Origin: Candidatus Bathyarchaeia archaeon
Lineage (GTDB): Archaea > Thermoproteota > Bathyarchaeia > Bathyarchaeales > Bathycorpusculaceae
DNA: 64,000 bases
Assembly (NCBI GenBank): GCA_038883795.1
Contig: JAVZLK010000002.1
Span: forward strand, 96,001 to 160,000
Direction: 5' to 3'
Both the position numbers and the translations under genes were made by a program. Numbering within the stretch: position 1 is the stretch's first letter; each line of letters begins with the position of its first letter. The notes under the pieces are model-generated. The model saw nothing but the letters and a program-made list of their open reading frames with translations. It had not been told where the DNA came from and searched no databases. Shown here piece after piece: positions 47,908 to 59,277 of the stretch.

Positions 47908-49056
47908 TTATTCCCCTCCTTGTTTGGAGATTTCAACTGCTTTTTGTGCGGCTTCTTCCATGCTTTCTAAAACGTGGATTCCCGCTTCTTTCAGTATCCT
48001 TTTTCCCTCCTCTTCGTTTGTGCCTACAAGCCTAATAACCATGGGTTTTGTTACGCCCACCTTAGTTTTTGCTTCTAGAATTCCTCTTGCAACTTCGTCG
48101 CATCTTGTTATTCCGCCTAGAATGTTTATGAAAAGCGTCTTAACGTTTGGGTCTGAAAGCACTATTTTTAGGGCGGTGGCTATTTTTTCTGCTGGGGCGC
48201 CTCCGCCTACGTCTAAGAAGTTGGCTGGTTTTCCGCCATAATATTGGATTGTGTCCAAAGTTGCCATTACAAGGCCTGCCCCGTTGCCTATGACGCCTAT
48301 GTTTCCGTCCAGTTTGACGTAGGCTAAGTCGTTTTTTATGGCTTCTATTTCTTCTGAGGTTAGTTCACTTTCGCCTTCCAATAGCCTCTTCTTATATTCT
48401 TGGTGGCGGAATAGGGCGTTGTCATCAATTATTATGCGGGCGTCTGCTGCCACGAATTTACCATCAACCGTTTCCACAAGCGGGTTCATTTCAATTAATT
48501 CAGCATCGTAATCCATGCCAATTTTATATAGGGTTTCAAAGATTCTTGCAATTTCGGAAAGTTGACCGCCAGCATACCCCATTTTTCTTGCTATTTGTCT
48601 GGCATGAAAGGAGCGGAAGCCCTGTTGGGGGTTTATTGGGAATTTTATGACTTTTTCTGGGGATTTTTGGGCTACTTCTTCTATTTCCATTCCGCCCACA
48701 GATGAGGCTATTGCGATGTAGCTTTGATGGAACCTGTCTGTTGTTATGCCAAAATATAATTCCCTTTTTATCTGCATCTGTTCCTCAATCCATATGCTTT
48801 TTACTGATATCCCTTTTATTTGCATTTTCAGCAGTTTTTCAGCAGCCTTCTCTACCCCTTCAATGGTTTCAGGGAAGAGAATTCCGCCAGCCTTCCCCCT
48901 TCCAGCAACCAAAACTTGCGCTTTCACTGCGAAGGGTGGTTTTATCTGGCTTGCCACTTCTCTGGCTTGGTTTGGGTTTGTGGCTAGTCCTCCCTTTGGT
49001 GTTGGTATTCCATATTTTGCGAGTATATTTTTTGCTTCATATTCGAAAAGTTTCAT
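47908..49056 (-). CDS. sucC: Succinyl-CoA ligase beta subunit
   Basis: [35 protein letters not shown]. Confidence 0.95.
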   Translation of the reverse strand: MKLFEYEAKNILAKYGIPTPKGGLATNPNQAREVASQIKPPFAVKAQVLVAGRGKAGGILFPETIEGVEKAAEKLLKMQIKGISVKSIWIEEQMQIKRELYFGITTDRFHQSYIAIASSVGGMEIEEVAQKSPEKVIKFPINPQQGFRSFHARQIARKMGYAGGQLSEIARIFETLYKIGMDYDAELIEMNPLVETVDGKFVAADARIIIDDNALFRHQEYKKRLLEGESELTSEEIEAIKNDLAYVKLDGNIGVIGNGAGLVMATLDTIQYYGGKPANFLDVGGGAPAEKIATALKIVLSDPNVKTLFINILGGITRCDEVARGILEAKTKVGVTKPMVIRLVGTNEEEGKRILKEAGIHVLESMEEAAQKAVEISKQGGE

Positions 49057-49067
49057 TTCTTTCACTC

Positions 49068-49526
49068 TCACTTTATGGATTCTATTGTGACATAGGATTT
49101 TGTATCTTGTACACCATCAATAGAGGCTAACTTTTTTAAGACTTCGTCGAGTTTTCCCCTATCAACTATTAATAAGGCGTCAACATCGCCTGCTATTCTG
49201 AAGGCTCTTTGGAGGGCGAGTTCTTTAACTTTCTCGTAAGCATACATTCGCTTGTGGGGTGAAACCTTGAGAAATACAAAGGCGGGGTTTCCGGACACGC
49301 CAAGCGCCTCTAACCCTTTCTCGGTTACGTCTATGAAACCTCTTCCAGTGCGTATATAATTTAAGTCTCTGAGTTTTCGAAGGTGAATGTTTAAGGCTTG
49401 CCTGCTTATTCCAAGCTGTTTCGCCAACTCATCCTGTTTTACATGGAGAGTATATGTGCTTGTGGATTTTCCTTTTTCATAAAGCATTCGCAGCAATTGA
49501 ACTGAACGTCTTGTAAGTGCTTCCAA
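49068..49526 (-). CDS. Lrp/AsnC-like wHTH regulator
   Basis: QDELAKQLGISRQALNIHLRKL plus RAM-like C-domain (IAGDVD). Confidence 0.85.
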   Translation of the reverse strand: MEALTRRSVQLLRMLYEKGKSTSTYTLHVKQDELAKQLGISRQALNIHLRKLRDLNYIRTGRGFIDVTEKGLEALGVSGNPAFVFLKVSPHKRMYAYEKVKELALQRAFRIAGDVDALLIVDRGKLDEVLKKLASIDGVQDTKSYVTIESIK

Positions 49527-49734
49527 AGCATTTCCCTCTTTATGTTTTGTTAAGTTTAGACTTTACAATAGTACCGCTTATTTAAAAGTTTAGCAAAGAG
49601 AAAGCGTTAAACTACATTCTTTTTTGAATTTTCTTTTTATTGAATAGAAGTAAAAACCGTAATGTATTTATTTATCGATAAAAAAGGTTATGAAGCCATA
49701 GAAAACGTGAAAACTAGGAGTGAGGCGGTACAAA

Positions 49735-50013
49735 ATGTCAGAAAGCAACTCAGTGCTGATCGGGAGAAAGCCAGTAATGAACTATGTACTGGCTTGCATA
49801 ACCCTCTTTCACGGCGGAGCAAAAGAAGTGAATATTAAAGCAAGAGGGAGAGCCATAAGCCGAGCAGTTGACGTCGTTGAAGTTGTCAGACGCCGATTCC
49901 TACCAGATGTGAAAATCAAGAAAGTTGGTGTGGGAACAGAGCAGGTGGCACCCAGAGAAGAGGGTGGCACGCCCACAAACGTTAGCACCATTGAGATAAC
50001 ACTAGAACGTTAA
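49735..50013 (+). CDS. albA: DNA/RNA-binding protein Alba
   Basis: [31 protein letters not shown]. Confidence 0.97.
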   Translation: MSESNSVLIGRKPVMNYVLACITLFHGGAKEVNIKARGRAISRAVDVVEVVRRRFLPDVKIKKVGVGTEQVAPREEGGTPTNVSTIEITLER

Positions 50014-50084
50014 ATTCAGCAACTCTACACAAAATTTGCAATGCTCCGCCGCCCCTCCTTTATTTGTGGAGGGCGCCTTTCTAG

Positions 50085-50594
50085 GTGAAAACAGAATTAT
50101 GCAGTTTCTGTTTGAAAAGTGGGATACTGTGCCAAAAGTGTTTAGCTAAAGTTGAGTCTGGCGAAATAACAGAATTGGACTTGAAAGTTGCCCGTTTGCT
50201 CTTATCCCTAGAAGAGAAGTTTCCCTCCCTTCAAAACGTTTATTTTCATAAAGCTGTGGACGCTGGCAAAACTTTAGCAGTAATTGTTGGACCTGGCGAT
50301 GTGCCCCGTCTTTTGGGTTATGGCGGCAAAATAATAAAGGCATTAGGCGAGGAAGTTGGCAAAAGTGTTCGTGTTTTGGAGCATGGAGTTGATGACAGAA
50401 AATTTTTGGAAGACTTATTCGCCCCTCTAAGCATAGTTACCATTAACACTATTTGGCTTCCAGATGGAACCACTGAGACCAGAGTAATCCTAAAGAAGAG
50501 GCGTGGTTCTCAGCCGCCTTTTGATGTAAAAGCTTTAAAGGAGATTGCTCGTAAAGTTCGCAACATGACTTTGCGAGTTGAATTTACAGATTAG
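50085..50594 (+). CDS. NusA-like KH-domain protein with N-terminal Zn site
   Basis: CSFCLKSGILCQKC; GYGGKIIK KH loop. Confidence 0.8.
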   Translation: MKTELCSFCLKSGILCQKCLAKVESGEITELDLKVARLLLSLEEKFPSLQNVYFHKAVDAGKTLAVIVGPGDVPRLLGYGGKIIKALGEEVGKSVRVLEHGVDDRKFLEDLFAPLSIVTINTIWLPDGTTETRVILKKRRGSQPPFDVKALKEIARKVRNMTLRVEFTD

Positions 50595-50604
50595 AGCTTG
50601 ACGG

Positions 50605-51933
50605 GTGCCATATATGAAGTTGGATTCCATTGGTGATTGGCGGAGAACCCATTATTCGGTTGACGTGAAGCCAGAAATGGATGGTTTGGAAGTTACGCTT
50701 TTCGGTTGGGTTCAAGAGATTAGGGATTTGGGTGGAATTCGCTTTATAATATTGCAGGATAGAGAAGGAACCATTCAAATCACTATTCCACGAAAAAAGG
50801 TTTCAAGCGAAGTTTTGGCGAAGTCTGATGTTTTGCAGAAGAGGTATAGCATAGGCGTGAAAGGAACCGTGAAAAAGACTGAAGTAACTCCAAGGGGGGT
50901 CGAAGTTATACCGAAGGAGATTAAAATTTTTGGCACAGCTACTTCTCAACTTCCAATAGATATTACTGGAAAGACGCCTGCGGGTTTGGAAACGCGGTTA
51001 GATGCAAGAGCCTTAGACCTTTGCCAAGACAAAAACATAGCAGTTTTTAAAATTCAGCACACAGCCGTAGAAGCCATTCGAGACTTTCTATTCGAAAGAG
51101 GCTTCATAGAAGTGCATACACCAAGGATTATTGCTTCCGCAACTGAAGGCGGCGCAGCCTTATTCCCAGTGGATTATTTTGGAAGGAAAGCCTTTCTCGC
51201 CCAAAGTCCCCAATTGTATAAAGAGCAGCTTGTCATGAGCCTTGAAAAAGTTTTCGAGGTGGGTCCATTTTTTAGGGCTGAGGAATCCCATACAAGATTT
51301 CATGCCAGCGAGTTTGTTTCCATCGATATCGAGCAAGCTTTTGCAGATGCTGAAGATGTGATGCAGTTGCTTGAAAGGTTGATGCAGCATGTTTGCAAAG
51401 TTGTGAATGAAAAATGCGGGAAAGAGTTGGCTTTGCTGAAGCATAAAGTCGAGGTGCCGACAGTTCCCTTTAAACGGTTTACTTACGATGAAGTTCTCAA
51501 AGAATTGGAAAGGGAAGGCGTAAATGTTCCATGGGGAGAAGACATTCCAACTCCAGCCCTAAGAGCTCTTGGAAAAATTCACCCATACTTCTATTTCATA
51601 ACCGACTGGCCCACGCACTCCAAAGCCTTTTACATAAAACCTCGGGATGATAAACCAGAAATTTGCGAGGGCTTCGATTTGATGTGGCGTTGGCTTGAGC
51701 TTGTTTCTGGCGGGACAAGAATTGCAGATAAGGAGCTTTTGATGAAACGTTTGCAGGAGAAGGGGTTAAACCCAGAGGCCTTCAAGTTTCATTTGCAAGC
51801 TTTTGATTTTGGGATGCCGCCGCATGCGGGTTGGGCTATTGGCTTAGAAAGGCTGACGATGATGTTGACGGGTAAAAGAAATATCAGAGAAGTTACTCTT
51901 TATCCTAGAGACAAGTTTAGAGTAACTCCATAA
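50605..51933 (+). CDS. aspS: Aspartate-tRNA ligase (archaeal type)
   Basis: RRTHYS, LAQSPQLYK, FRAEES, GMPPHAGWAIGLER. Confidence 0.97.
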   Translation: MPYMKLDSIGDWRRTHYSVDVKPEMDGLEVTLFGWVQEIRDLGGIRFIILQDREGTIQITIPRKKVSSEVLAKSDVLQKRYSIGVKGTVKKTEVTPRGVEVIPKEIKIFGTATSQLPIDITGKTPAGLETRLDARALDLCQDKNIAVFKIQHTAVEAIRDFLFERGFIEVHTPRIIASATEGGAALFPVDYFGRKAFLAQSPQLYKEQLVMSLEKVFEVGPFFRAEESHTRFHASEFVSIDIEQAFADAEDVMQLLERLMQHVCKVVNEKCGKELALLKHKVEVPTVPFKRFTYDEVLKELEREGVNVPWGEDIPTPALRALGKIHPYFYFITDWPTHSKAFYIKPRDDKPEICEGFDLMWRWLELVSGGTRIADKELLMKRLQEKGLNPEAFKFHLQAFDFGMPPHAGWAIGLERLTMMLTGKRNIREVTLYPRDKFRVTP

Positions 51934-52071
51934 ATTTCTTCATACTTTTGGCGCTTTTCCATCGCAATAGCGCCCTACCCTCTCTAGGTTTTTTCTGGTT
52001 TTATTTTATAGAGGTATATTACAGAATGGATAAAGAGGAGACTGCGAACTATTTATGGTGGAGGAGGAAAT

Positions 52072-52509
52072 ATGAAGAAGAAATATTCCTTGTTGTCTCT
52101 TGCCGTAGCCGCATTGCTTATCACAATTAGCCTTTCAACTATACGTTCAGAAGAAACGCAATGGCTTTGTTTTGCATGCGAAGACGGCGGCGTAGTTGAC
52201 AAAACACCATGCGAAGCTTTTACCGTGAAAATAGTTTTCAAAAACACTGGAAAATGTGAAGGAACATGGTCTATAAACATAGCCTTTGAAGGCGAAACTT
52301 GGAGCTGGAGCGGAACACCGCAAACATTAACTCTCAAACCATACAAAACAAAAACTTTAACATGGAATGGCACCGTTCCATGCGATGCTCCAATAAACTC
52401 CATAGCACGCCTAATAGTCTATTACAATGACTCTTTTGCTGCGCTGAACTGGTGGATTCACATCATTTCAGGAACAGAACTTACAATAACTTCAAGCACT
52501 GTGGAATAA
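52072..52509 (+). CDS. Secreted Ig-like beta-sandwich protein
   Basis: Signal peptide; VFKNTG...LTLKP pattern. Confidence 0.7.
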   Translation: MKKKYSLLSLAVAALLITISLSTIRSEETQWLCFACEDGGVVDKTPCEAFTVKIVFKNTGKCEGTWSINIAFEGETWSWSGTPQTLTLKPYKTKTLTWNGTVPCDAPINSIARLIVYYNDSFAALNWWIHIISGTELTITSSTVE

Positions 52510-52622
52510 AAGGGTCTATTGGGCATTCGTTCTGTAAAATTTAACATATTTTTTAGTTAAAAATGTCATAAAAACTGATAAACACCAACTTCTCTATTCG
52601 CAACAAGAGGCGAAAGGCCAAA

Positions 52623-54110
52623 ATGGGTTGTGGCGTATTTGGAGCAATAAACTTCGAAGAACAGCCCATATTCCCATACATTTACTGGGGCATGAGAGCC
52701 CAAAACCACAGAGGTCACCAATCCCATGGCTTCCTAACCTTTGATAATGGAAAATTTCATGTGCACAGAAGCTTAGACCTAATACCAAAAATAAAGACAA
52801 GCGCCATCCAAGAATGGTTTGGACGTTTGCCTGGGCGCATGGGTATAGCAAATGTTAGGTATACCACTTCTGGAAAATGTGATGAAAAATCCCTTATAAA
52901 GGGCACTCAACCAGTTACCGCTTCAAAAAATGGGTTTTCGGTGGCTGTTTCTTTTAATGGTAATGTTGTTAACGTATTCCAGGTTAAAGAGGAAATAAGC
53001 AAATATTTTCCAAAATTTTCTTACGAATGCGATGCCGACCTTGTTTCTCATAAACTCCTAATCGAATTATTGAAAAAGAAAGATATTGCGTCAGCAGTAA
53101 AAACGTGCATGGAAGAAATTGAAGGAGCCTTTTCCGTGGCGTGCATAACAAAGAATGGCGAGTTCTTCGCCTTCAAAGACCCAAATGGCATCAGACCATT
53201 ATGTGCCGGGCACAGCGAAGACAGAACAACTTACGCTTTCTCCTCAGAAACTGTAGGCTTAGACATAAACGGCTTCAAAAAAGCCTTTGAAATTGAGCCA
53301 GGCGAACTTGTAACAGTTTCAAAAGATGGGTTTCAAAGGGAGAAATTGGTGAATGGTAGATGCAAGGCTTTCTGTGCTTTCGAATTTGCATATTTCGCCA
53401 GACCAGACTCATGCTTTGATAACAAATATGTTTATGAAGTTAGAGAAGAGTTTGGAAGAAACCTTGTTAGAGAAAATCCAGAGATAGCCAAAAACGCAGA
53501 CATAGTCATATCCATCCCAGAAACAGGCGACGACGCAGCCTTCGGAGTTCATGAAGAGTCTGGCTTAAAATGGGAAAGGGCTTCACGAAGGCACCGTTTT
53601 GTAACAGAAAGAGCCTTTATACTACTGAATAGGGAGCGTTATGCGACCATAGACCGCAAAATTAACATTATAGCCTCTAAAGTTAATGGAAAACGAGTCA
53701 TAGTAACCGAAGACAGCATAGTACGCGGCGACACAACAAAAATAGTAATAGAAAAACTTCGCAGAATGGGCGCGAAGAAGGTTTACATGTTTGTAACTTT
53801 CCCACGCATAATTGGACCATGCTTCTATGGAATAGACATGGCAACATACGGTCAACTAATAGGCTCAAAGCATACGGCGGAAGAAATAGCAAAAATAATT
53901 GGCGCGGATGCCGTCTGCTACCAATCAATAGAAGGTTTCATAAAAGCCACTGGTTTCCGCAGCGACCAACTTTGTTTGGCATGCGTAACTGGCAAATATC
54001 CTACGCCGCTAGCGCAAAAAATTGCGGATGAGATTAAAAAGAAGTTCCTTGAAGGCTACGAGGAACAAGGGAGACTTTACGAAATATCTGAGGCTTTCCA
54101 AAAAGCCTAA
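52623..54110 (+). CDS. purF: Amidophosphoribosyltransferase
   Basis: CGVFG, HRGHQS, RYTTSG, CAFEFAYFARPDS, DSIVRG, PCFYGIDM, CLAC. Confidence 0.95.
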   Translation: MGCGVFGAINFEEQPIFPYIYWGMRAQNHRGHQSHGFLTFDNGKFHVHRSLDLIPKIKTSAIQEWFGRLPGRMGIANVRYTTSGKCDEKSLIKGTQPVTASKNGFSVAVSFNGNVVNVFQVKEEISKYFPKFSYECDADLVSHKLLIELLKKKDIASAVKTCMEEIEGAFSVACITKNGEFFAFKDPNGIRPLCAGHSEDRTTYAFSSETVGLDINGFKKAFEIEPGELVTVSKDGFQREKLVNGRCKAFCAFEFAYFARPDSCFDNKYVYEVREEFGRNLVRENPEIAKNADIVISIPETGDDAAFGVHEESGLKWERASRRHRFVTERAFILLNRERYATIDRKINIIASKVNGKRVIVTEDSIVRGDTTKIVIEKLRRMGAKKVYMFVTFPRIIGPCFYGIDMATYGQLIGSKHTAEEIAKIIGADAVCYQSIEGFIKATGFRSDQLCLACVTGKYPTPLAQKIADEIKKKFLEGYEEQGRLYEISEAFQKA

Positions 54111-54165
54111 AGCCAAAAATAAAATAGGCTTCAACCTCATTTCCTAAAAATAAAGGGCGCATGAA

Positions 54166-55575
54166 ATGGAGAAAGTTGGCATCCTCGTTGTTTCTTACGG
54201 AGCAAGAGAATCCGCCATAATAGACGCTTTCGCACGAAGCACAAATTATGATGTGAAAGTTTTTGTTGTTGATAAACAACGCAACCCCTTCAACGTCAAA
54301 AAGGCAACTAAGCATGTTGTTGTTCCAGATTTGAACGTGGAGGAAATATGCAAATTCGCAGAAAACAATAAGGACGAAATTGACTTTGGCATAGTTGGAC
54401 CAGAAAAACCCATAATCGACGGCGTCCGCGACCTTGTAGAAAAGCGAACGGGCATACCCATCATTTGTCCAAAAAAGCAATACGCTATAGAAGCAAGCAA
54501 AGTGCAACAGCGTCTACTATTCCAAAAAATTGTGCCAGAAGTGAATCCACGCTTCAAAATTTTCAACCCAAAAGATTACAAAACCCAAGAAGAAGCGAAA
54601 AAAGCTGTTTACAAATGGCTGGACGAACTTGAAAATAGGGCTGTCGTTAAACCAGACCAGCCAGCGGCCGGAAAAGGCGTAGGCGTATGGGGAGACCACT
54701 TCACGACACGTGAGCAGTTGTTCGAGCATTTTATGGCAAATTTCCAGCATGGAGCAGTAATAATCGAAGAGAAAATTGAGGGCGAAGAATCAAGTTTTCA
54801 AGCTTTCTGCGACGGCAAACACTTGGTGCCTTTACCAGAAACCAGGGATTATAAGCGAGCCTTCGACGATGACAAGGGTCCAAACACTGGCGGTATGGGT
54901 TCCTATAAGGATGTTAGCGATGTTTTGCCTTTCATGACCGCTGCTGATAGGGCTAAAGAAGTTGAAATTGTTAAGCGAATCTTTGAAAAGTGGAACATTA
55001 AAGATGGTGATAGCCTAAGAGGCATTCCATTTTACGTGGCTTTTATGCACACGGGCAAGGAACCGAAAATCCTTGAAAACAACAGCAGACCAGGCGACCC
55101 AGAAATAATCAACATTTTACCAATTTTGAAAGATGATTTTGTCGACATATGCTTCAAAATTTTGGAAGGAAACCTAACAAAAATCGAATTAGAAAAGGCT
55201 GCAACAGTTGTCACCTATAAGGTTCCGCCAAACTACGGCGGATACATAGACGCTTTTCCAAAACTTGTAGACAAAAACGAAATTGGCGCACCAGTCGACC
55301 TAACAAGGGCTTACGAACTAACCAAAAAATATGGCGAAAAAATCCGCATCTATCCAGCCTCCATGGAACTTCGCAACAGCGAAACTTACGCCCTTAAATC
55401 AAGAGCTGTGGGTGTTGTGGGCATAGGCGACGACATAGAAACTGCTAGAAAAATTTCTCTTGAGGGCATAAAAGCCATTAAAGGCGGAGCACTGTGGCAT
55501 AGAAAAGACATAGCCTCTAAAAAGCATATAGAAAAAAGCATTAGACATATGGAGAGGCTGAGGCTTAAAAAGTGA
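54166..55575 (+). CDS. purD: Phosphoribosylamine-glycine ligase
   Basis: GARE, VGPE, AAGKGV, DYKRAFDDDKGPNTGGMGSY. Confidence 0.93.
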   Translation: MEKVGILVVSYGARESAIIDAFARSTNYDVKVFVVDKQRNPFNVKKATKHVVVPDLNVEEICKFAENNKDEIDFGIVGPEKPIIDGVRDLVEKRTGIPIICPKKQYAIEASKVQQRLLFQKIVPEVNPRFKIFNPKDYKTQEEAKKAVYKWLDELENRAVVKPDQPAAGKGVGVWGDHFTTREQLFEHFMANFQHGAVIIEEKIEGEESSFQAFCDGKHLVPLPETRDYKRAFDDDKGPNTGGMGSYKDVSDVLPFMTAADRAKEVEIVKRIFEKWNIKDGDSLRGIPFYVAFMHTGKEPKILENNSRPGDPEIINILPILKDDFVDICFKILEGNLTKIELEKAATVVTYKVPPNYGGYIDAFPKLVDKNEIGAPVDLTRAYELTKKYGEKIRIYPASMELRNSETYALKSRAVGVVGIGDDIETARKISLEGIKAIKGGALWHRKDIASKKHIEKSIRHMERLRLKK

Positions 55576-56654
55576 AGAGAGTTTTCATATCGGACTGTGA
55601 AGGGCCAATCTCAAAAAATGATAATGCCTTCGAAATAACATCCCATTACGTTCCTAACGGAGACAAACTCTTTGCGGTTATAAGCAAATATGATGATGTT
55701 TTGGCAGAAGTCCTAAAAAGACCAAATTATAAGGCTGGAGATACTTTAAAGCTTATTTTGCCCTTCTTAAAGGCTTATGATGTCACAGACGCTAAAATGC
55801 GGGAATTTTCTGCTAAGAGCCTACTTTTAATTGCTAACGTGAAGGATACTCTATCGTATGTGAGAAATATAACCAATGCCTTTATTGTCAGCACAAGCTA
55901 CCAGCATTACATAGAAGCCTTATGCCAAGCCCTAAATTTTCCATACGAAAACACTTATTGTACAAAGCTTCGCCTCGACAAATACTCCATAACGGAGAAG
56001 GAAAGAAGCGAACTGAAAGAATTGGCAAAGGAAATTGTTAAGATGCCTTTAATCGAGATTCCTCCAAAGGCAAAAGCTCCAAGCGACTTCTCCAAAAGAG
56101 ACCAAGAACTAATTGGTCGGCTTGACGAAATTTTCTGGAGCATCATCGCTAAAATGGAGATTGGCAAAATTTTCTCCGAAGTTAATCCAGTTGGGGGCAG
56201 CGAGAAAGCCGAAGCAGTGAAAAACGCGGCTAAAAAGGTTGGTGCGGAACTGGCGGATGTGATGTATGTTGGCGACAGCATAACGGATGTTGAAGTCTTT
56301 CGGCTTGTGAAAGAAAATGGTGGCTTAGCCGTTTCTTTCAATGGTAACGAGTATGCCATAAGAAATGCCGAAGTTGCTATTTTGTCGGAAAGCAGCATAG
56401 CCACAGCAGTAATTGCAGAATTGTTTAGCAATTTTGGAAAAGAACAAACACTAAAAATTGTCAAAAATTGGAGTAGTGAAACACTAAAGACAGCGCTTAC
56501 AAATCAAACATTGCTTAACAAACTTTTTAGTTTGTATCCTAAAAAATTGCCTAAAGTTAAAATAATAACAAAAGAGAATATGGATGCTCTGGCAAAAGAA
56601 AGTAGCGAATTCCGGAAAAAGGTTAGAGGCGAAGCCATAGGAAGACTGGGATAA
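55572..56654 (+). CDS. HAD-superfamily hydrolase (EhaR-like)
   Basis: [14 protein letters not shown] motif I, VSTSY, K, VGDSITD, SFNGN. Confidence 0.8.
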   Translation: MKRVFISDCEGPISKNDNAFEITSHYVPNGDKLFAVISKYDDVLAEVLKRPNYKAGDTLKLILPFLKAYDVTDAKMREFSAKSLLLIANVKDTLSYVRNITNAFIVSTSYQHYIEALCQALNFPYENTYCTKLRLDKYSITEKERSELKELAKEIVKMPLIEIPPKAKAPSDFSKRDQELIGRLDEIFWSIIAKMEIGKIFSEVNPVGGSEKAEAVKNAAKKVGAELADVMYVGDSITDVEVFRLVKENGGLAVSFNGNEYAIRNAEVAILSESSIATAVIAELFSNFGKEQTLKIVKNWSSETLKTALTNQTLLNKLFSLYPKKLPKVKIITKENMDALAKESSEFRKKVRGEAIGRLG

Positions 56655-57565
56655 TGGTAAAAAAAGCTGAAGTGGAAGATACTTATGCAGAGGCTTTCGA
56701 AGGAATCTTCTCTAGAATAATTGTTACAGCTGATGACGAAGAAACATTGCGAAAAGCTGCTGAGGATGCCACGGCAACGCCATCGATAGTTATTGGCAGA
56801 GTTGAAGGCGGAATAGAAAAATGGCTAAGCGAAAAGGAAACTCCGGATAAGCGTGAAGGCGCTTTGCTCCAGTTTTGGGGTGGAATAGACCCGAAAAAGC
56901 CCTTTTCAGAATCCCTAAAAAAATTTGAAGTTGAGCTTTCTTATAGAATTCGCCAGGACATTCTTGTTAAGCCTTTTACAGCAGTTTTTGACGTAACACC
57001 AAAGGCTGAAGGAAAAATTGACATGATGGAGCGTGTTGGACACTGCGGAGACGGTTATGAGTGGGTTGAAAAACGCTTTGGGCGTGAGGTTATTGTTGTT
57101 CCCATAATGGTTCCAGATTTCATTATCGAGCGCTATATAGGCTATGCCCGTGGAGTTATGGGCGCAAACTTTTGGGTTATGTGCAAAACAAAACAAGCCC
57201 TAAAAAGGGCTGGAGAAAAAGCCTTAGAGGCGATTCACAAAATTGAGGGTGTAATAACGCCTTTTGACGTGTGCAGTGCTGGTTCCAAGCCCGAAACAAG
57301 TTTTCCATGGATTGGACCAACAACAAACCATCCCTACTGCCCATCCCTAAAAAAGAAGTTGGGCAAAGAATCAAAGGTTCCAGAAGGCGTCAACTATATT
57401 CCAGAAATCGTGATTAATGGCGTTTCGCTTGATGTCGTGAAAAGGGCTATGCGGGCTGGCATGGAAGCCGTATTAGAAGTGGATGGCGTGGTTAAGGTTT
57501 CAGCTGGAAATTATAGCGGAAAACTTGGCGATTATAAGATTTACTTGCGTGAGCTGTTTTCATGA
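56654..57565 (+). CDS. Formylmethanofuran-H4MPT formyltransferase-like protein (divergent Ftr paralogue, EhaS-like)
   Basis: [42 protein letters not shown]; [10 protein letters not shown] and [10 protein letters not shown] replace canonical Ftr TSVIMCPAE and RIGQCVMTAP. Confidence 0.85.
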   Translation: MVKKAEVEDTYAEAFEGIFSRIIVTADDEETLRKAAEDATATPSIVIGRVEGGIEKWLSEKETPDKREGALLQFWGGIDPKKPFSESLKKFEVELSYRIRQDILVKPFTAVFDVTPKAEGKIDMMERVGHCGDGYEWVEKRFGREVIVVPIMVPDFIIERYIGYARGVMGANFWVMCKTKQALKRAGEKALEAIHKIEGVITPFDVCSAGSKPETSFPWIGPTTNHPYCPSLKKKLGKESKVPEGVNYIPEIVINGVSLDVVKRAMRAGMEAVLEVDGVVKVSAGNYSGKLGDYKIYLRELFS

Positions 57566-58476
57566 ACCGCTTTGACGTGGTAGGATTCGGCGCCTTAAAC
57601 GTTGACAAACTGTTTAAGGTAAACAAAATAGCTGGGGCTGAAGAAGAAGGCTTCATCATAGACTGCCAAGAATGGTGCGGAGGCTCAGCAGCAAACACCA
57701 CCGTAGGTTTGGCAAGGCTCGGCTGCAAAGTAGGCTTTATAGGAAAAGTAGCCAACGATAGGGAAGGAAAAATGCTAGTAGAAGATTTTCAAAAGGAGGG
57801 CGTCGACACAAACGGCATAATCTATGCCAAAAATGGCAGAAGCGGAACAGTTATGGGTTTCGTAGATCAAAAGGGCGAACGGGCATTATACGTGGACCCA
57901 GGCGTGAACGACACAATAGAGTTTAACGAAATAAACAAGCATTACGCTTTTAACACGCAATTTTTGCATTTAACCTCTTTTGTTGGAGAAAAATCCTTCC
58001 AAACCCAAAAGAAGCTTGTGGAAATGTTGCCAGAAAATGTTAAGGTAAGCCTTGACCCAGGCGAATTATACGCCAGAAAAGGATTAGCGGCATTAGAGCC
58101 CATAATAAAGCGTGCTTTTGTTTTAATGCCAAACCAAAGAGAACTCGAACTCCTAACCAAAACCAAAGATTACAAGAAAGGCGCTGAGATTTTGCTCGAA
58201 AAGGGCGTTAAAATAATTGCGGTAAAACTTGGCAATAAGGGCTGTTACGTTACCAATGGAAAGGAAAACCACCAAATAAACCGTTTTAACGTAAAAGTTG
58301 TGGACACAACAGGCGCTGGCGATGCCTTTTGTGCTGGTTTTCTTTATGGTATTATTAATGGTAAAAGTTTGTATGAGTGTGGAAAACTTGGCAATTTTGT
58401 AGCGTCAAGATGCATAATGAAAATGGGCGCCAGAACAGGGCTTCCGCGCATTGAAGAATTAGAACTTCTTCGTTAA
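57562..58476 (+). CDS. PfkB/ribokinase-family kinase
   Basis: [16 protein letters not shown]. Confidence 0.92.
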   Translation: MNRFDVVGFGALNVDKLFKVNKIAGAEEEGFIIDCQEWCGGSAANTTVGLARLGCKVGFIGKVANDREGKMLVEDFQKEGVDTNGIIYAKNGRSGTVMGFVDQKGERALYVDPGVNDTIEFNEINKHYAFNTQFLHLTSFVGEKSFQTQKKLVEMLPENVKVSLDPGELYARKGLAALEPIIKRAFVLMPNQRELELLTKTKDYKKGAEILLEKGVKIIAVKLGNKGCYVTNGKENHQINRFNVKVVDTTGAGDAFCAGFLYGIINGKSLYECGKLGNFVASRCIMKMGARTGLPRIEELELLR

Positions 58477-59277
58477 ATATTCAATTAAGCTTTCAAAGAT
58501 TAGTTTTCCATCGCCGTATTGTGGCATTTGCTTTTGTCTTGTCCAGTCTGGTTGTTGCCACCAATAGAATGCTCTTTCTGGATGCGGCATCAAACCAAAT
58601 ACTGTTCCTTCGGGGTTGCATATTCCAGCTATGTCATGGAAAGAGCCGTTTGGGTTTGTTGGAAAACGACCCTCAGCATATTCGCCATTTTTATCGCAAT
58701 AACGGAAGACTAGCTGGTCATTTTCGTAAAGCTTTTTCAGAAACTCCTTTTCCTTTTCTTTTGCAAACATGAATCTGCCCTCTGAATGGGCAACAGGAAC
58801 TCGCAAAACTTTTCCATGCGGAATCTTCCAAGTAAATGCACATTTTCCCTTATTTTCGTGCCTAATGTAAATCCATCGGCAGTTATATCCAGGCGGAAAA
58901 TTAGTTGCCAAAACTGCCTCTGGATATGGGCTTATTTCATCAAATCCTGGAAGAAAACCAGCCTCCACAAGCACTTGAAAGCCATTACAAATGCCAAGGA
59001 TTAAACGGTTTTCGTCTACAAAGGCTTTAAGCTCCTTGCCCAATTTAGCCATTATCCACTTCGCCCATATGGCGCCAGCCCGCACATAATCCCCATAAGA
59101 GAAGCCTCCCGGAAAAACCAGAACGTGATACTCCAAAAGGTTTCCATGTTTAACCAGTTCATTTGCATGTACGATTTCAGCGTTGACGTCTAACTCTTCA
59201 AAAGCCCGTTTTGTTTCTGCGTCGCAGTTTGTTCCGCCAACTCTTAAAACGCAGACTTTAATCTCTTCTCGCTTCAT
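58459..59277 (-). CDS. purQ: FGAM synthase glutaminase subunit
   Basis: GTNCD, PGGFSYGDY, GICNGFQ, MPHPER. Confidence 0.97.
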   Translation of the reverse strand: MKREEIKVCVLRVGGTNCDAETKRAFEELDVNAEIVHANELVKHGNLLEYHVLVFPGGFSYGDYVRAGAIWAKWIMAKLGKELKAFVDENRLILGICNGFQVLVEAGFLPGFDEISPYPEAVLATNFPPGYNCRWIYIRHENKGKCAFTWKIPHGKVLRVPVAHSEGRFMFAKEKEKEFLKKLYENDQLVFRYCDKNGEYAEGRFPTNPNGSFHDIAGICNPEGTVFGLMPHPERAFYWWQQPDWTRQKQMPQYGDGKLIFESLIEYLTKKF

